Shown: piece by piece, positions 20,228 to 32,842 of the stretch | Layout of the letters: each line of letters starts with the position of its first letter | How positions within the stretch are numbered: position 1 is the stretch's first letter | Virus record (IMG/VR): IMGVR_UViG_3300035517_000267 | Span: 3,521 to 67,520 of that record | DNA from: a virus | Taxonomy: Duplodnaviria > Heunggongvirae > Uroviricota > Caudoviricetes | Reading direction: 5' to 3' (one strand) | DNA length: 64,000 nucleotides | Notes under the pieces: generated by a model | Database searches by the model: none | Told to the model about the DNA's origin: nothing | The model's input: the letters and a program-made list of their open reading frames with translations, nothing else | Translations under genes and position numbers: made by a program

Positions 20228-21847
20228 ATGGAAGAAGCATGGTCACAAAAATGGTTACTTTCTAATAATTATTTAGTTTATTATAGGACTAATTTTCTTT
20301 ATTCTAAATATGGCAATATAGCAACCTCCAATAGTTATTTTTAGCAAAAGTATTTAAAAGCGGTGGCTCGATTAAAGAGCCAGTCAAGAGATTCCGCTAT
20401 TTAGAATTTTTAGGCTAACTTACAAGCATCTAGTGAAAATGCCACACAAATAATGGCTATGTTTGATAATTATTAGCTTGGCGAAGCTTTAAATGAAATA
20501 TATGATGGACTAGGACAAATTTTTAACTAGTAGGTAACAAAAGTTGAAAATTCCCTTGGCGGTGGAGAGTCTTTAGTAGATACTTATAGGGAGTTAATAT
20601 CTAAAAAGAATACTTATAATACTATGCTAACAGATATGGTTGAAGGAAAAACAGAACGCTTGTAGAGCTTTTTTGACGACGTTATGAAAGCTATTGCACT
20701 TTGTAGCTAGTATGATGGTACTACTATAGAAGCTTTAACGAATTTAATGACTACCGCAAATGAAAAATATGGGGCAAAACTTGATATAGATTCTTTCAAA
20801 AACAAATGGGGAATTTATAAAGTTGACATTAATGAAGATACTAAAAATGCTGCTTCTAACATTGTAAGATATTTAGAGAATGCTTTTAATAAGCTAGAAG
20901 CCGGAAATGGAACTTATTCTGGTTTTGGGAATGGCACAAAAAATGATGCTATTGAAAGTTTTACGTCTACTGTGAATAATATCTTTTCCACTGCGGGTGG
21001 CGAAGGTATTGCGGGAGTGTTGTATGCAAATACTATGCTAAAAGGCGCCTCTGAAATTTAGTCTTATTTAGATAAAATGTAGCAATTATTGTAGAAAGCT
21101 GTTAATAGTAATGAAAATGTAAAGGTAGAAGTAGAGTTTGACGAAAACTTTTCAACCAATTTAACTGGTACTTAGACTGCTAAGAAAGATGGCGTGCGGA
21201 GTCGTGCTAAAAGTGATTTGGTAGCGTCAGATTTATTTAAAATAACTCTTAATTTTCCCAATGATGAATCAATTACTATTGGAATGGATGCTAATATATC
21301 CGTTAAATGGTATAAAAAGGATATTACTGCGGCTGGCAATATTTCTGTTGTAAGTGGCTCCCCCTTAAAGAAATATTTTACAGATGGCTTTGAAAAATTT
21401 TATGGATATAATATTATATAGCATCGTCGAGACTTGGACGATGAAACTATACACGAGGCATATAGAAACGTTAGGGCGGCGACCGCCGCAAGTTTTTTTA
21501 ATGATTGGATAAGCGGTAGTGGTGGCATAATTTCTGGAAGTGGTTCTTTAGATAGCGTACAATATCTTATGGTAAATGGTACATTATATTCTATTAATAC
21601 TATATTAGCAAAAATCTGTGAGTCAATTAATAATGATAATCTTGGGGCAGATAGTGAAAGTGCGGATATGCCTTTTAATATGTCAGTATAGTTGTTAACA
21701 CGTCCTGAATGGGTAGGCGATAAAAGCATTAAAGACCTTACTAAAGCACTTGACCGTAGCAAAAAAGCAAATGAAGTTATGAATCAATTATAGGTCACTG
21801 GTAAATTAAATAACAAAATTATACTTGACATAGCGAAAAATTTGTGA
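20228..21847 (+). CDS. Hypothetical protein (539 aa, at least 14 TAG)
   Basis: Fragments 20747, 21194 and 21434 share one frame from ATG 20228 (AAGGAGG) to TGA. Confidence 0.75.
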
Positions 21848-21887
21848 TAAAATACTTATATCAAATGAGAAAAAGGAGAAAAACCAA

Positions 21888-22403
21888 ATGCAATTTAAGG
21901 ATTTAGAATTAGATTATGAAGCTATAGAAGCTTCAGTTAAAATAAATAATCATGAATTAGGCGTTTTACAATATCTTCCAATTGACAAAAAGGGAGAACT
22001 TCTTACATTTGTTTTGACAGGCGCAATAGACGATCAGACTGGTTGTTTTAGTCCTTTGCGAATTGAAGTTTATTATACTTTAGCGCTTCTTAAATATTAC
22101 GCGGGAATCGAGTTTGATAGTGATGACTATTCTCATATTGGAGAAACTTATGATAAGCTCGATCGCTCTGGATGCATTGATATAGTACTTTCTGCAATTC
22201 CAGAAGATGAATTACAATTTATGGAAGAATTAATGGTTGAGACTGTTGATGATGTAGCACAGTATAATACCTCTTTCTCTGGTACTCTTTCTATGATGAG
22301 CGGGTTAACCGGAGACCTTAGTGAGCAAGTTGATGCTCTTTTAGGTAAATTAAAAGAGAATAATAACTTTAATCAATTAAAAGAGCTGGTTAAGTCTAAT
22401 TAA
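21888..22403 (+). CDS. Hypothetical protein, possible tail assembly chaperone (171 aa)
   Basis: Immediately upstream of tape measure; own TTGACA-17-TAAAAT promoter at 21825-21853. Confidence 0.55.
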   Translation: MQFKDLELDYEAIEASVKINNHELGVLQYLPIDKKGELLTFVLTGAIDDQTGCFSPLRIEVYYTLALLKYYAGIEFDSDDYSHIGETYDKLDRSGCIDIVLSAIPEDELQFMEELMVETVDDVAQYNTSFSGTLSMMSGLTGDLSEQVDALLGKLKENNNFNQLKELVKSN

Positions 22404-22498
22404 TTTATTTAAGACCTTTTTTAATTATAAATAGAGAACTAAAAGGCTTGGGATTTAATTCTCAAGCCTTATTTTTTTGAGAAAAAGGAGGATGCTTA

Positions 22499-25400
22499 AT
22501 GGCTCTTGGAAAAGGAATGACTTATACAGTAACCTTTAAGGCTGATACCTCTTAGCTTAAAGCTAGTATGAATCAAGCTATGGAGTCTTTAACTAAGTTA
22601 GGAACTTCTAATATGGGCGGACTAACTACAGAGTTAAAGTCAGCATCTCAAGGAGCAATACAATTAGCAGCGAATCTTTCATCTGCTTTTAACACTAGCA
22701 CTGGAAAATTAGATTTGCTTTCTTTTAATTAGTCATTAAAAACTAGCTCAGTTGAGGTTAAGGATTTTGCAAATCAGCTTAGCGCTTTTGGTATAGATGG
22801 TCAAAAAGCATTTTTAAATGTAGCTAACAGTGTTTCACAAGCTGAACTTCCATTAAAGACTACTAATAAATTAATGGATTCTTTGTGGACTTCTATGAAG
22901 AACACAATGCGCTGGTATCTTTCTACTTCTATCGTGCAAGGATTTGCTAGTGCACTTTAGTCTGCTTATAATTATGCAGAAGATTTAAATGAATCTTTAA
23001 ATAATATTCGTATTGTTACTTAGAAGTCTACCGACGATATGGCTGATTTTGCGAAGCAAGCAAACAAGGCAGCACAAGCGTTAAGCACGACGACGACCGA
23101 TTATACGGATGCAAGTTTAATTTACTATCAATAGGGAGATTTTTTCGTGGCTGCATGAAAATTTTTTCGTGGACAAAATTAGATAATATTTCGTGGACTT
23201 TTCTCATAATATATGGTATAATAAAATAAAAAAAAGGAGCCAAATGTTATGAGAAAAAAAATTGTTATTGATGGAAAACAAACCAATTATTCAGTCACTG
23301 ATGATGCTAGAATTTTTAACGATATAACTGGACGAGAGCTAAAAGGAACTTATAAAACTAATGAATATCATTCTATTCAATTGGTCATAGAAGGAAAGCC
23401 TAAGACTTATATGTTCCATCGTTTGGTTGCAGAAGCATTTTGTGACAATCCTAATGGATACACAATTGTAGACCATATAGATAGAGATAAGCACAATGAT
23501 TGTGCCTCAAATCTTCGATGGGTTTCTGCAAAAGAAAATGCTTTAAATAGAGATTTTGGTAAAGTTCGCAAGAATGAGAAATATACTGGAGATTTTTCAG
23601 AAGAAAAATGGGTACCAGTTTATAATCATAAAGATTATATGATAAATTCAAAAGGCGTAATCGTAAATACTAAAAATCGCAATATTATGGCTTTACATGA
23701 TAGACATAGTTATCAAAGAGTATTTGTTGATGATAAAAAATATTCTTTACATATTTTAGTATGGGAATCTTTTAATAATAAAAGTGTCCCAGATGGTATG
23801 CAAATTGACCATATAGATGGTGATAAAACTAACAATAGTATTGATAATTTACAATTGGTTACTGCTTCTGAAAATATGAAAAATGCTTATTCCAATGGTC
23901 ATCAAGGTCAAGTAGGAGTTAAGCAATACACCTTAGAAGGTGAGTATATCAAATCTTATTCTTCCATTCGAGAAGCGGCTAATGCCGTAGGAGCTAACGA
24001 AGCTGGATTAAAGGATGCCACAAATCGACATGGAACTTGTGCAGGTTATTACTGGATTAGAGAGAGTGACAAAACAACAATTCAAGAAGTATTATATGGT
24101 TGGATTCCAGAAGGATATACTTTAATAAAAAATTATCCTACTTATTGTATTAACAAAGAAGGCAAAATTTATGGAAAAAGAAATAAAAAATTTGTTTCTT
24201 ATAAATTTAGAGCCGACGGAACTCCATATGTAATTTTGTCAGGAAATAGAATTAATGTAGATAAATTAATGCCCTAAAAATTCTTTAATTGCGGGTAAGC
24301 CCTTAGAGCTTTAACAACCAAATTATTATAGAGATATAATGATGGCAATGGGTAATTCCAAAGGTATGGTAAAATTGTTGAAGATTGGGTAATCCGCAGC
24401 GAAGTCTCTAAATTAGAGAAACGTTCAACGACTATCTCCAGTCAAAGGAGAGTAGGTTTAAGCAAACCGAAAAGGGAATACCTAGAGTGGAAGAATGATA
24501 GTGCCACTCATATTAGGTGAGATATAGTCTGTTCCACTATCGAAAGATTGGTGGCAGTTCATAAGAGAACGCATATAGAAGTAGCGAGCTATATGGAACA
24601 TAAAGCTAAATGACGAGGCTGTCCAGGAGAGAACTGAAGCAACTATTAAGTTTGCAAACGTCTCTAGTCAAGCAGCCGATACAGCATCGGAACAATTAAC
24701 TGCCATATGGAATAACTTTGCAGATGGCACAAAAACACTTGAATATTATGTAGATGTTATAACTGCACTAGGTGCTACTACAGCATCCAGCTCAGAAGAA
24801 ATTGCAACTGGTCTGGAAAAATTTGCGGCAATAGGTGAATCAGTTGGTTTAAGTTATGAATATGCGACTTCCGCACTAGCCACTGTTACTGCTGCAACAA
24901 GACAAAGTGCTGATACCGTTGGTACTGCATTTAAGACACTTTTTGCGCGTATACAAGATCTTAAACTTGGGGAAACTTTGGAAGATGATGTAACACTTGA
25001 TACATATTCCGAAGCTCTTGCCAGTGTTGGGGTTAGTATTTTAGATGCTAACAATAATCTGAAAGATATGGACGACATTCTTGAGGAATTAGGCGCAAAA
25101 TGGAATGAAATTTCTTCTGCACAGCAAGTTGCTCTTGCTCAGACAGTTGCCGGCACAAGACAGTATACCTAGTTAATGGCACTCATGAATAACTGGAGCG
25201 AATTCTAGACCAATTTAGCTACCGCTTATAGCTCAGAAGGAACTCTTGACGAGCAACAGCAAATTTATTCTGAAGGATGGGAAGCCGCACGAGATAGAGT
25301 AACAGCTGCTCTAGAAAATATTTATGACAGTTTAATCAATGAAGATTTTTATATTGGATTAGACAAAGTTTTAACTAAAATATTAGACTTTGTTGCCGGA

Positions 25401-28400
25401 ATGATAGATGGCTTTGGCGGACTTGATGGAGTGATAACTTCATTTGGTTCTATTTTTATGACAATTTTCTCTGATAAGATAGCTGCAGGTCTCAGAGATT
25501 TTGTTACTTCTATGGGATTAGCTACCGGTAAGATTCAGCAAAGCTTAATGGATATGCAGAAAGATTTTGCGACTGCCGCGAGAGATATGACTGTAGATAC
25601 CGATGAACTCGGCATTGAAGGTAAACGTGTTGAATTGCTTCAGGATGAAGTATCGTTACGTCAACAAGTTTATGAGGTTTCTACAAAACTTAATCCAGAG
25701 CAATCTCAACAATTATAGAATCTTGTTAAGCAATATGAAATAATTTAGCAAATTTATTCAAAAAGTTTGGATTAGCTTGAAACCTAGAAAGCTTTAACTA
25801 ATGAAGCTAAAATTAATTTATAGACCTCTTAGGATAATGCTGTTAATTTTAAAGGTGTAGATTAGAAGAAGCTTGCTACTATGTTTGGACTAACCAGTAA
25901 TAGTAGTCACACTGGTAATACTAGCAGTCTTACAAGTGCATTAGAAAGCTTTGCAAATTCTGATAAAGGCTTTGAAACTATTACAGCTAAACTTGAAGAA
26001 TTAAATTCTAAAACTGTCGGTATAGAACGTCTTAATTCAGCTTTTAAGAAAAGTGAAGAAGAAGTAGGAAATCTTTCTCAAGAAATGGTTGAATTGGCTG
26101 CATCTTATGGAATTACCACAACTGATTCTGGAAAATTTAAAGAAGCTCTTGAAAAATTAAGCACTTCAACAAATGAAGATTATATAGCGGTTTAGCAATT
26201 TCTTACAGCAGTGGGCTATTCGCCTGAAGCTATAACTAATTATATTGCAGCATTAAATAAGTTAAATGATGCTACTTTAACTGAGGCGCAGCAAGCTCAG
26301 ATATTAAAAGAAGCATATGAAAAACTTAGTGCTGGAATGGAAAAAGCTGCAAAAAAAATTGATACGAGCATAAGTGCTTCTGTTACTAGAACCGTTTCTC
26401 TTGTTATGGCATTTAATTCTCTTATTAATGCCATAAATTCTATCATAGATTTAACAGAAGAATGGGATGATTTAAGTACCTCAGAAAAAATTTCTAAAAT
26501 CTTAGGAATTATAACTTCTGTTGCTATGGTTCTTCCTTCTATTATAAAGAGCATAAAAGAAGCTAATATTGTTATAACAGAAACTTCTGTTGCTACAACA
26601 GGTTTAGGAGCAACAATTGCCGCTTTTGTTCCTTATATCGCCATTATTGTAGGCATAGGAGTTGCTATTTATGAGTTATATGATGCTTTCCACGATTCTA
26701 GGACAGAAGCAGAAAAATTATCTGAATAGTTAGAAGAACTTGAAGAGAATTTAAATACTTGTCAAGAAGCTGCCGAGGATTTAAAAGACACGATAAGTAG
26801 CTACGACGAAGCAGTTTCCGCACTTGATGATTTAACTTCTGGAACAGAAGAATATGCTGAATAGTTAAAAGAAGCCAATGAATATGCTAAAGATTTAATT
26901 GAAACATATGGACTTTGGGATGACTATACTGTTAAAAATGGTATAATTACTTTTAACGAAGGAGTATTAGATAATCTTTAGACGAAGCTTGATAATGCAA
27001 CAGATAAGGCTCAAGAAGCGGTATATTAGACTAAAATTGCTTAGGCTAATAACACTTTAGATTCAATTTATAAAGATTTACCTAAAACTATTAATCTAAA
27101 ATATAAGGTTGAAAATGATGCAACGGCAGAAATATCTAGTCTTTCAGAAACTTTACAAAATAAATTACTGGATGTTTTTTCTGAAATAACTGCGGATTCT
27201 TCTTTGACTAATGAAGCAATTATTACTGAATTAGACAAAGAGTTTGCTTCTTTTGATTTTAGCGATCTTGATGTAGATGGATTAAAATCAATATTAGAAG
27301 AAGTAAATGACGTTACAAGCGTAATAAGATATTATGTTGAACAAATAGCTACAACAGAAGCAGAAAATGTTTATGGAGATTAGTTTGCAGAAATCGCTGG
27401 TGATAATACAGAACTTTATAATGCCTTAAATTCTGCGATGGGGGTTCTTTTAGCGAACGATGTAGAAGAAGACCTTTCTAATGTCTATTAGGTAGGAGAC
27501 AATACAAAAGATGTTTATAGTGCATTTAAAGCTGTTGGAATCACAGAAGATAATTATATCTCCGATATCCAAGAGTCTGATATAATGAATGCTGGCAAAG
27601 AAGCTTTTCGAGAGGTAGCTCTTTAGTATGCAACACAAGTTTTAGGTTACTCTGCAGCGGAAGCAAATAATTTAAATATTGAAGCAACGGGGAAAAAAGC
27701 TACAATATCTGATACCGAAGGAAATATTTTATATACAAGCTCTTTTGGCACTTTATTACAAGAATTAGTTAATGAGCTAACTAAAGAAAATGCTTTTGAA
27801 CAAGCTACAGAAAATAATCAAGCTGGAGCCGATTTCTTTACAGGGTTATTTTCTGGAAATACTAATACCGATATAGCCACTGCAATTGTTAATGCAGTAT
27901 CCAGTGGTTCTATGCAAAATCTTGATTTAACAGATTTTCTGGGTAATATAAACTTAGAGGAATATCTGGGATTAAAAGATGGCGAAGGCTGGGAAAGTAT
28001 CCTTGACATAGAAGGATTTGAGGATGGCTTAGGGAATATTGGTAGTAGTTGGAAAGAATTTCAGAAGTCTTTTTAGTCAGCCCTTGGCGATACAGAATCC
28101 TATCTTGATACTTATGCTCAAGCTTCTGCAACACGAGCTTCTGAGATTAAGGACATTGTAAGTGACCTTTCCGCAGGAGAAGAACTTACCAGTACTTAGT
28201 TAGCATATGTTGATAGTCTTATTGAGAAATATCCTGAATTACAAAGTGCCATAGAGGCTGGTGGGGCAACCTATATTAGCTATTTAAGACAAATATAGGA
28301 ATATGAAGAAGGAGAGCAACTTAATGCTCTTACTGAGAAATTTAATTTATAGAGCGAAAAAGCAACAGAACTTAAGAATGAAATAGCTGAACTTTAGCAG

Positions 28401-31400
28401 TCAACGCTGTCAAAGTCGAATTGGGGAAAATTTCTAGATTTTGAAGCTCAAGATTCTAGAAACGAGACAATTTAGCTTGATATTTCTGCAAAAACTGAAG
28501 AATTTGATAAGACGATGGCAGATTTGCTTGATACTAAATACGAGCTTTCTGTTGCCATTGATGCAAAAATGGATTCAGATATTGATGAAGCATTTGATAT
28601 AGCTTAGCAATATTAGACTATAGCGGATACGATTGGAAATAGTTTAACAATCAGTATAGACAAAGCTCAAGAGATTATAGCTGCTGGTTATGGGGAAATT
28701 TTAAATAATGCCGAAGCTGCTGCAAATGGTCAAATAACTATGAACCAAGAGGTTTATGATAGTTTTATAGCAGAAAAAGAAGCAGAAATAGAAGCAGATA
28801 AACAATCTAAGTTAGCCCAGCTTCAATCGGAAGAAACGCTTTTAGAATATCAAATACAATATGACGAAAATGCTCTTGAATCCTTAACAAAAGCAGCTCA
28901 AAGTGAAAGTACAATTGCTAAAGCTCAATATCTAGAACAAGCTACTAATTATGTAAATGATGCAGAAAATTATGCAGCTAGTCAAACAGATATTTTAACT
29001 AGTCAAAATACTTCAAATGAAGAAATCTCTACTTAGGCAACAAATTTATTAAATTCTTTAGGGATAACTCATAAAACAGATGCTGAAAATGCTCAGACAG
29101 CATATGGCGAAGTTTCTACTGCGGCAGTTGACGCAGCTAATAATCAAATAGCTGCGCTATCAGCAGTATAGACAGCTGTTGTGAAACTTTCTAGTCAAAT
29201 AGCTAATATGTGGGATGGAGAACTAACAAAAATAGATTTGGGTTCTGCCAGTTTAACGACAAACATTGGTGTTGGCTCTAGCGTATCTACAGATAATGAG
29301 AATACTTATGAGTCTAGTGATACAGAAACAATTACTTCTAATGCAAATGATATTTTGGCAGCAGCAAGCGCAGAAGGCAATACTTCTGAGATTTTAGATG
29401 AAGCTATTTCTTAGGCTACCTCTGTTGTACAAGCTGATTTAGATCAAAGAAAAGCTACTCTTGGAGCAAATAAAGCTGCATAGGCTGCCCTTAATTCTGC
29501 TTCTGCTAGTAATCTAAAAACTTCTTCTTCTGGCTCTGGTTCTAGCTCTTCTAGTACTAAAGCCACAAAAGAAAAAGCTGATTTACAAGAAATAGAAGAT
29601 AGATACCATGAGATAGAAGATTTAATCGAAGCTTAGGAAGATGCTACAGAAAAACTTGGAACTTCTATTGACCGTACTTTTGGAACTAGCAGATTAGATT
29701 TATATAAAAAGAAACAAGAGTCTTTAACCAAAGAAGCTGAATATTAGAAAAAACTTGCGGAAGAGGCTGCTAAGTGGCTCGTAAAAGATGTTAAGACGCT
29801 TTCTGATCTTGGTTTAGAAGCTAAACTTGACGAGAATAACCGCATTACTAATTACAGTGACCTTCTTTAGAAAGCAACAGATGCTAAAAATGAAGTCTTA
29901 ACTGGTTATAATGAGTTTATTGAAAAATATAATAATATGACCGCAGATGAACAAAGTAATGCAAAGTAGTTACTTAGTGATTGGGAAGCCAAAAAGAAAG
30001 AAGCTGAAACTCTTTATAGTAATCAAATTGATGCCCTTGAACAGTTAGACGAAACTGGAGACAAGATTCGTGAAGCTGCACAGGCAGAAGTTGAAGCACT
30101 TCAAGAAGCAATGGATACGAGACTTGAGGAAATCTCTTACTAGTTGGAAATTGCGGTCACTATTAGAAATGTTAAGAAAACTGCTAACGATTTTTCAGAG
30201 GCTATTGCGGAAGCTTTTAGTCGCGATGTAATTGATAAATATCTCAATTCAGATTGGGAAGAAGCTTTTACAGGCAATTTATCTGATGCGGAAGGTCTTT
30301 ATAATGATTATGTTTAGATCATGACAGAATTAGCAAATCTTGTTAATAACGTAGATGAAAATTTAGACACTACCGAATTAGAATAGCAACTTGCTGATTT
30401 ACAAGATTAGGCAAAAAGCACTGGCGAAGAGCTTTTAAGCTACCTTAGTGATATTGAAAACCAGATGTCTGATGCTTTGGACGCAGCCGCCGCGCGAATA
30501 GAAAAGTTTACTAACCAACTAAGTCATAATAAAACAATACTTGAATCTATTGAAGAATTATATGCTTTATAGGGTGTAACTTATAAAACCATTGAGGGCT
30601 ATCAAGCTTTAATGAAAGTTTCAGAAACAAAATATGAAACCGATATGGCAGAAGCAACAACTTATAAGTAGATGATGGATGGTTTAGAGCCGCTCTTAGA
30701 AGAAGCTGCTGCGAAGCTCGCCGCAGCAAGTCCTGAAGATGCAAACTATAATATTTTATAGAGTAATTACGAAGCTTACTTAGATAAATATAATAGCTAT
30801 CAAGAATCTATGTATAGTTCTACTAAGTCTGCTTTGGAGGATCTGTAGTCTCTTTATACTACATCTGTTAATCGTGCTCTTGCAGCGTTCGAGGATGCAG
30901 TTACAAATGGGCTTGGTTTTGATCTCTTATAGGACAAATATGATAATTATATAGATTCAGAAGAAGAATATTTAGATTCAGTTAATGAAGCTTATGAAGT
31001 CGCCTCTTGGTATAACAAACTTCAAGCTGATATAGACAATGCCGATAATAAGGCTTATACAGAGAAGTTAAAGGCTTTACAAGAAGAAATTAATCTTCGT
31101 AGAGAAGGTAACACTCTTTCTGAATATGACTTAGAGGTACTAGATGCCAAGTATAAAGTATTGCAAGCTCAAATGGCTCTTGAGGATGCACAAAACAACA
31201 AGAGTGAATTGCGGCTAGTGCGTGACAGTCAGGGCAACTGGAATTATTAGTATACAGCTGATTCAGATACTATTGCGGAAGCTTAGTAGGAACTTCTTGA
31301 TGCAGAAAATGAGCTTTATAACTTAGCTAAGGATAAAGTTACAGAAACTACTTCTGACATGATTCAATTATGGCAAGATTATCAAAAGAAGCTACAAGAA

Positions 31401-32795
31401 ATAGCTAATGATACTACAACCACAGAAGAAGAAAAAAATGCTTTGTTAGAAGAAGCTGAAAAAGCTTATAATGAAAAGTATTTATATTTAGAATCTGAAA
31501 GAAACGTTGCCGTTCAAGATATGACTGATGCTGCGAATCAAAATCTTATTTCTAGTGCAGTGACTACCGCGGGAACTACCTTATCCACTGCGACTGAGAC
31601 AATTGAAAAAATCTTTTCTGCGGTTGAAGATGGCGGCGGAGATATAAAAGATTTATTAACTGCGGATAGTGAAGATATATAGACTATAGTTGAAGATTCT
31701 GAGGGCTTAATAGATAGTTTTGAAAATACTTATGCTGAAGACTTAACTAAAATGACTGCAAGCGGTAATGCTTTTAAAGAAGCTTCTAACACTATAATAG
31801 AAAACATAAAAACTGCTTGGTCGTCTTATCAGTCCAAAGTAGAAGAAACGGAGCAAAAAACTGGCACTGACATGGCTTCTATGTCTACTAATACCGATAA
31901 AATAGCTACTTCTACTGAGAATTTAAAGACTGCCGCGAGTGATGCTGCGACTGAGTTAATAAACGAATTAACTTCTTTGCAATTAATAAATGATTAGTAT
32001 TCTAATATGGCTACTTCCATTTCTACTATTGTGGGTGGATTAAAAGAGATAGTAACTTATGCTCCGCAAGCAGTTGATTAGTTAAATGGTCTTAATAGTA
32101 GTGATGAAGAAGAGAGTACCTCACTTTCTTCCTCGACTGATATAGATGCTTTAGTACAATATGGATTAAAGAATGGTTATCTTGATATTAGCAAAGACTC
32201 TTCTACAATTGCGGAATTGGCTTTAATGAGAAAGCAAAAGATAGAAGATGAAGGCATTGAGGTTGACGATCCCGATGCAAGTGGTTCTTGGGCTAACTTT
32301 ACCGGCGGTTTTGAGAAATGGATAAAAATGGCAAATGGCACCTTAGATTATGATTTAAAGGGTAATACTTTTACCGAAGAAACTTGGAAATAGCTTATGC
32401 ACGATTTAGGTATTACTGGTTATGCAACTGGTGGCTATACAGGAGACTTTGATGATGGTAAGCTTGCAATACTCCATGAAAAAGAGCTAGTCCTTAATCA
32501 AGATGACACTAAGAATATTTTATCTGCGGTTTCGGCTGTTAGAACTTTGGGACCAGAGTTAACGAACGCAATAGATAACTTGTTAGAAGGCAACATTTAG
32601 ACTGCTTTAGCTTCTCTTGTTGCTAAACTAACTTCTAGTAATTCTACGGGTTCTACTAACGCAGATATCCTTGAACAACATATTACTATTGAAACTGTTG
32701 AATTTCCGAATGTTACTTCTTCTGCGGAAATTGAAGAAGCATTTGCTAATATAGCTAATAATGCGGCACAATATATTAGAAGGAGAACTAGTTAA
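22499..32795 (+). CDS. Tape measure protein, join(22499..23137,24606..32795), ~2942 aa, many TAG
   Basis: Eight track fragments fall in one frame; TMP-type motifs ASLIYYQQG/L, AQTVAGTRQ, GYATGGYTG...LHEKELVLN; not every codon was individually checked. Confidence 0.85.
23138..24605 (+). mobile_element. Group I intron (1468 nt) in tape measure gene, with HNH endonuclease ORF in the P1 loop
   Basis: Core at 24286-24545 (AATTGCGGGTAAG, AATCCGCAGCG, GTTCAACGACTA, GATATAGTCT); ends in G; splicing restores YYQQG-LNDEAV. Confidence 0.8.
23249..24277 (+). CDS. HNH homing endonuclease with two HNH domains and NUMOD-type DNA-binding segments (342 aa)
   Basis: HRLVA...VDHIDRDKHND and HILV...IDHIDGDKTNNSIDNL; VKQYTLEGEYIKSYSSIREAA (NUMOD1-like). 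Confidence 0.9.
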   Translation: MRKKIVIDGKQTNYSVTDDARIFNDITGRELKGTYKTNEYHSIQLVIEGKPKTYMFHRLVAEAFCDNPNGYTIVDHIDRDKHNDCASNLRWVSAKENALNRDFGKVRKNEKYTGDFSEEKWVPVYNHKDYMINSKGVIVNTKNRNIMALHDRHSYQRVFVDDKKYSLHILVWESFNNKSVPDGMQIDHIDGDKTNNSIDNLQLVTASENMKNAYSNGHQGQVGVKQYTLEGEYIKSYSSIREAANAVGANEAGLKDATNRHGTCAGYYWIRESDKTTIQEVLYGWIPEGYTLIKNYPTYCINKEGKIYGKRNKKFVSYKFRADGTPYVILSGNRINVDKLMP

Positions 32796-32842
32796 GGAAG
32801 GGGGTTATTCCCCCTTCCTCTTGAGAAAAAGGAGGAACCACA

